Shown: in pieces, positions 61,642 through 64,000 of the stretch
Layout of the letters: each line of letters opens with the position of its first letter
How positions within the stretch are numbered: the first letter of the stretch is position 1
NCBI GenBank assembly: GCA_028719205.1
Contig: JAQUKH010000001.1
Span: 80,603 to 144,602 of the forward strand
Direction of reading: 5' to 3'
Length of the DNA stretch: 64,000 nucleotides
Source of the DNA: a bacterium
GTDB taxonomy: Bacteria; JACRDZ01; JAQUKH01
The notes under the pieces: generated by a model
Told to the model about the DNA's origin: nothing
What the model saw: the letters and a program-made list of their open reading frames with translations, nothing else
The model's database searches: none
Program-made: the position numbers and the translations under genes

Positions 61642-62697
61642 TTAATTTAGCATTTTTCTAATCAGATCAGCTCTTAAAATATCGCGATTTTTAATATCCA
61701 AACGTCTTTTTTCAATATTTTGCAGATGCCCGGGCTGGATCAACAGCATCATCCGGTTTAAAAAATTAAAATCAATATCGCTTTTAGGCATAATTTTAAG
61801 ATCCACTCCTAATCTTAAAAAAGAAATTAAACTCAGTGATTCTGCTGATGAAATAGTCCTGCAATGTTTAAGTATGCCATACGCCCGCCATATCTTGTCT
61901 TCAATGACCTGCCTGGATTCTTTTAATAAATATTCTCTTGCTGTTTTTTCGCATTCAACTATATATTTTGCTATTTCCTCGATTTTTTTAACAATATCCT
62001 CTTCTTTAAAGCCAAACGCGCCCTGATTCGAAATCTGGAAGATGTCCCCCAACACTTTACTTCCCTCGCCGTATAAACCACGCACTATTACATCCATCTT
62101 GCTGACAGACGCAATGATCTTATTGATCTGCTTTGTAAGTATCAACGCGGGAAGATGCAGCATTACGGAAGCCCTCATTCCCGTTCCTAAATTTGTAGGA
62201 CATGCTGTTAAATATCCAAATAACGGAGAAAAAGCATAATTTACTTCCTTACTTAATTTCTCATCTATTTCATCGATTAATTTCCATGAAGAAAATAATT
62301 GCAATCCAGAATGTAACGCCTGCAGACGGAAATGGTCTTCTTCATTGATCATAATGCTTATCGTTTCCGTATCATTAATAACTACCCCGTAATTTTCTCC
62401 GCCTTTAGAATGTTCCTGGCTTACTAAATGCCGTTCAACTAAAAAAAGGCGTTCAATCTGAGTATAATCTCCAAGATCAATGAACACAGAATCTTTTATT
62501 ATATCTTTTGAATCAAAAATATCTTTAGCTAAATTAAATATTTTCTTACGATCATCCTTATTAGAATTTGAAGTAAACGGTATTTCCTCAATATTCCTTG
62601 CTAAACGGATACGGGAACTTATAACAATATTATCTAATAAGCTATTTATATTTAGCGAATTATTTGTCCTGTCAATTAATTTCTGGATGATCTGCAT
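61642..62697 (-). CDS. mcsB: protein-arginine kinase (ATP:guanido phosphotransferase)
   Basis: CPTNLGTGMRASV. Confidence 0.85.
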   Translation of the reverse strand: MQIIQKLIDRTNNSLNINSLLDNIVISSRIRLARNIEEIPFTSNSNKDDRKKIFNLAKDIFDSKDIIKDSVFIDLGDYTQIERLFLVERHLVSQEHSKGGENYGVVINDTETISIMINEEDHFRLQALHSGLQLFSSWKLIDEIDEKLSKEVNYAFSPLFGYLTACPTNLGTGMRASVMLHLPALILTKQINKIIASVSKMDVIVRGLYGEGSKVLGDIFQISNQGAFGFKEEDIVKKIEEIAKYIVECEKTAREYLLKESRQVIEDKIWRAYGILKHCRTISSAESLSLISFLRLGVDLKIMPKSDIDFNFLNRMMLLIQPGHLQNIEKRRLDIKNRDILRADLIRKMLN

Positions 62698-62698
62698 A

Positions 62699-63205
62699 TT
62701 ATTTTTCTACTTTTTCCAACAGATTTATCTGATCTCGCGCGGCCGCTGCATCTTCATACTTTTCTTCAACAATTAACTTTTTTAATTTGCGTTTCAGGTC
62801 CAAAAGTTCTTTTCGCCTGAAAACTTCTGCCTTTTTATATTCAGGAACTTTTCCAATATGCTGTGTCCGCCCGTGTATACGCCTTATCAATGGAATTAAT
62901 TCCTTTGAGAATGATTCATAACACCCGGAACAACCCAACCGTCCTATCTCCCTGAAATCTTCATATGATAATCCGCAATATTTGCAGCATTTTTTATTTT
63001 CCTCTGTTTTTAAAAGTATTTTTTCTGTATTTACAAAACCGCTTATTAATGAGGAAATATTAAATTGCTTTTCAGTAAAATCAATATTCACTATCCCTTT
63101 TTTTTCAGCGCAAATAGAACAGTAATGCATTTCCCTGGTTTTATTGTTATAAATTTCCGTATAATGGATATTAGCTTCTTTTTTCTTGCAATTCTCGCAT
63201 AACAT
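62699..63205 (-). CDS. mcsA: McsA-like activator of protein-arginine kinase (Cys-rich N-terminus + UVR motif)
   Basis: CxxC pairs; C-terminal UVR-like EKYEDAAAARDQI. Confidence 0.7.
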   Translation of the reverse strand: MLCENCKKKEANIHYTEIYNNKTREMHYCSICAEKKGIVNIDFTEKQFNISSLISGFVNTEKILLKTEENKKCCKYCGLSYEDFREIGRLGCSGCYESFSKELIPLIRRIHGRTQHIGKVPEYKKAEVFRRKELLDLKRKLKKLIVEEKYEDAAAARDQINLLEKVEK

Positions 63206-63239
63206 CTTTAAACCCTTTCTTCAATTCACCATTTCCGGT

Positions 63240-64000
63240 TTATTTTACTAACGTCAGCCATTTTTCAAACTTTTTATTTTTTCCGTTAACTGTATTATAG
63301 AACATTTCTTCGATAGTTTTTGTAATAGGGCCGGTTTTACCGATACCGATCTGGCGTTGATCAACTTCTCTAACCGGGGTAATTTCCGCCGCTGTTCCGG
63401 TTAAAAACACTTCATCAGCAATGTAGAGGTCATCACGGCTGAAGCGTTTTTCCTCTATTTCATACTTGCCTTCAGTCATTTTAAAAATCGTGTCACGGGT
63501 TATTCCGCATAAAGAATTATCCGTAGGCGGAGTTTTTAATTTTCCATTTTTAACGATAAATATATTTTCACCCGTCCCTTCAGCGACAAAGCCTTCAGGA
63601 TCTAAAAGGATCGCTTCATCATAACCATTATTCAAGGCTTCGCATTTAGCTAAAATAGAGTTGACATAACCGCCGCACACTTTTGCCTTTGTCATGAAAA
63701 TATTACTGTGTAATCTTGTATATGATGAAATTATAGTCCTTATCCCGTCTTGTCCTTCTCCTAAATATTTCCCCCAGGGCCAAACAGCTATCGAAACCCT
63801 GACAGGAGAATTTTTTGGATTAAGGCCCATCTGTCCATAACCAAGATAAATAAGCGGCCGGATATACCCGGATTTTAATTCATTTATTTTGATAGTATCG
63901 ACTATTGCCTGAAAAATTTCTTCCTGTTTAAAAGGAACTTTCATTTGCATAATATGCGCGGATTCAAAAAGACGCTGGACATGCTCTTTTAATCTGAAAA
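63240..64000 (-). CDS. ilvE: branched-chain amino acid aminotransferase (class IV), C-terminal part; N-terminus beyond the window
   Basis: VFLTGTAAEITPVREVD. Confidence 0.8.
   Translation of the reverse strand, partial: FRLKEHVQRLFESAHIMQMKVPFKQEEIFQAIVDTIKINELKSGYIRPLIYLGYGQMGLNPKNSPVRVSIAVWPWGKYLGEGQDGIRTIISSYTRLHSNIFMTKAKVCGGYVNSILAKCEALNNGYDEAILLDPEGFVAEGTGENIFIVKNGKLKTPPTDNSLCGITRDTIFKMTEGKYEIEEKRFSRDDLYIADEVFLTGTAAEITPVREVDQRQIGIGKTGPITKTIEEMFYNTVNGKNKKFEKWLTLVK

Overview
AT-rich segment from a diderm (LPS-producing) bacterium, probably an uncultivated lineage. Nearly all genes are on the minus strand; only 28894-32425 is on the plus strand. The window has two parts. (A) 1-19.4 kb is an accessory locus abutting the 3' end of a tRNA-Val gene. 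It encodes three full and one partial secreted caspase-fold (peptidase C14) paralogues with different C-terminal tails: ricin-B QxW lectin, DUF1566, and an unknown domain. Alongside them are two tandem FlgO/CsgG-like periplasmic proteins, three LPP20/FlgP-like lipoproteins (one fused to DUF4384), an MltC-like lytic transglycosylase, an E/K-rich membrane-anchored protein, a DUF4062-AlbA_2-HATPase_c_4-wHTH protein, a four-helix-bundle (23S-IVS family) protein, and a CHASE2-sensor sigma-54 enhancer-binding protein. Two near-identical sigma-54 promoters (TTGGCAYGGTnnTTGCAT), each about 150 bp downstream of an ATGCATGGAATTCCA palindrome, sit in front of the two gene blocks. A family of intergenic palindromic elements built from TCAGC heptads is present only in this accessory locus. 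(B) 19.5-64 kb is core genome. It holds pyrG, kdsB, hldC/hldA and a near-complete Raetz lipid A pathway (lpxD-lpxC-fabZ-lpxA-oxidoreductase-lpxI-lpxB-msbA-DUF374, lpxK, lpxL, waaA) with four GT9 heptosyltransferases and one GT4. It also holds a MoxR-VWA pair, a two-component system with a protoglobin-PsiE fusion, skp-bamA, mcsA-mcsB-clpC and a partial ilvE. A small islet at 43.5-47.5 kb (ParE/antitoxin, DUF2971, HNH endonuclease, HslV-like orphan) interrupts the LPS cluster. No transposase, integrase or CRISPR array was recognised.
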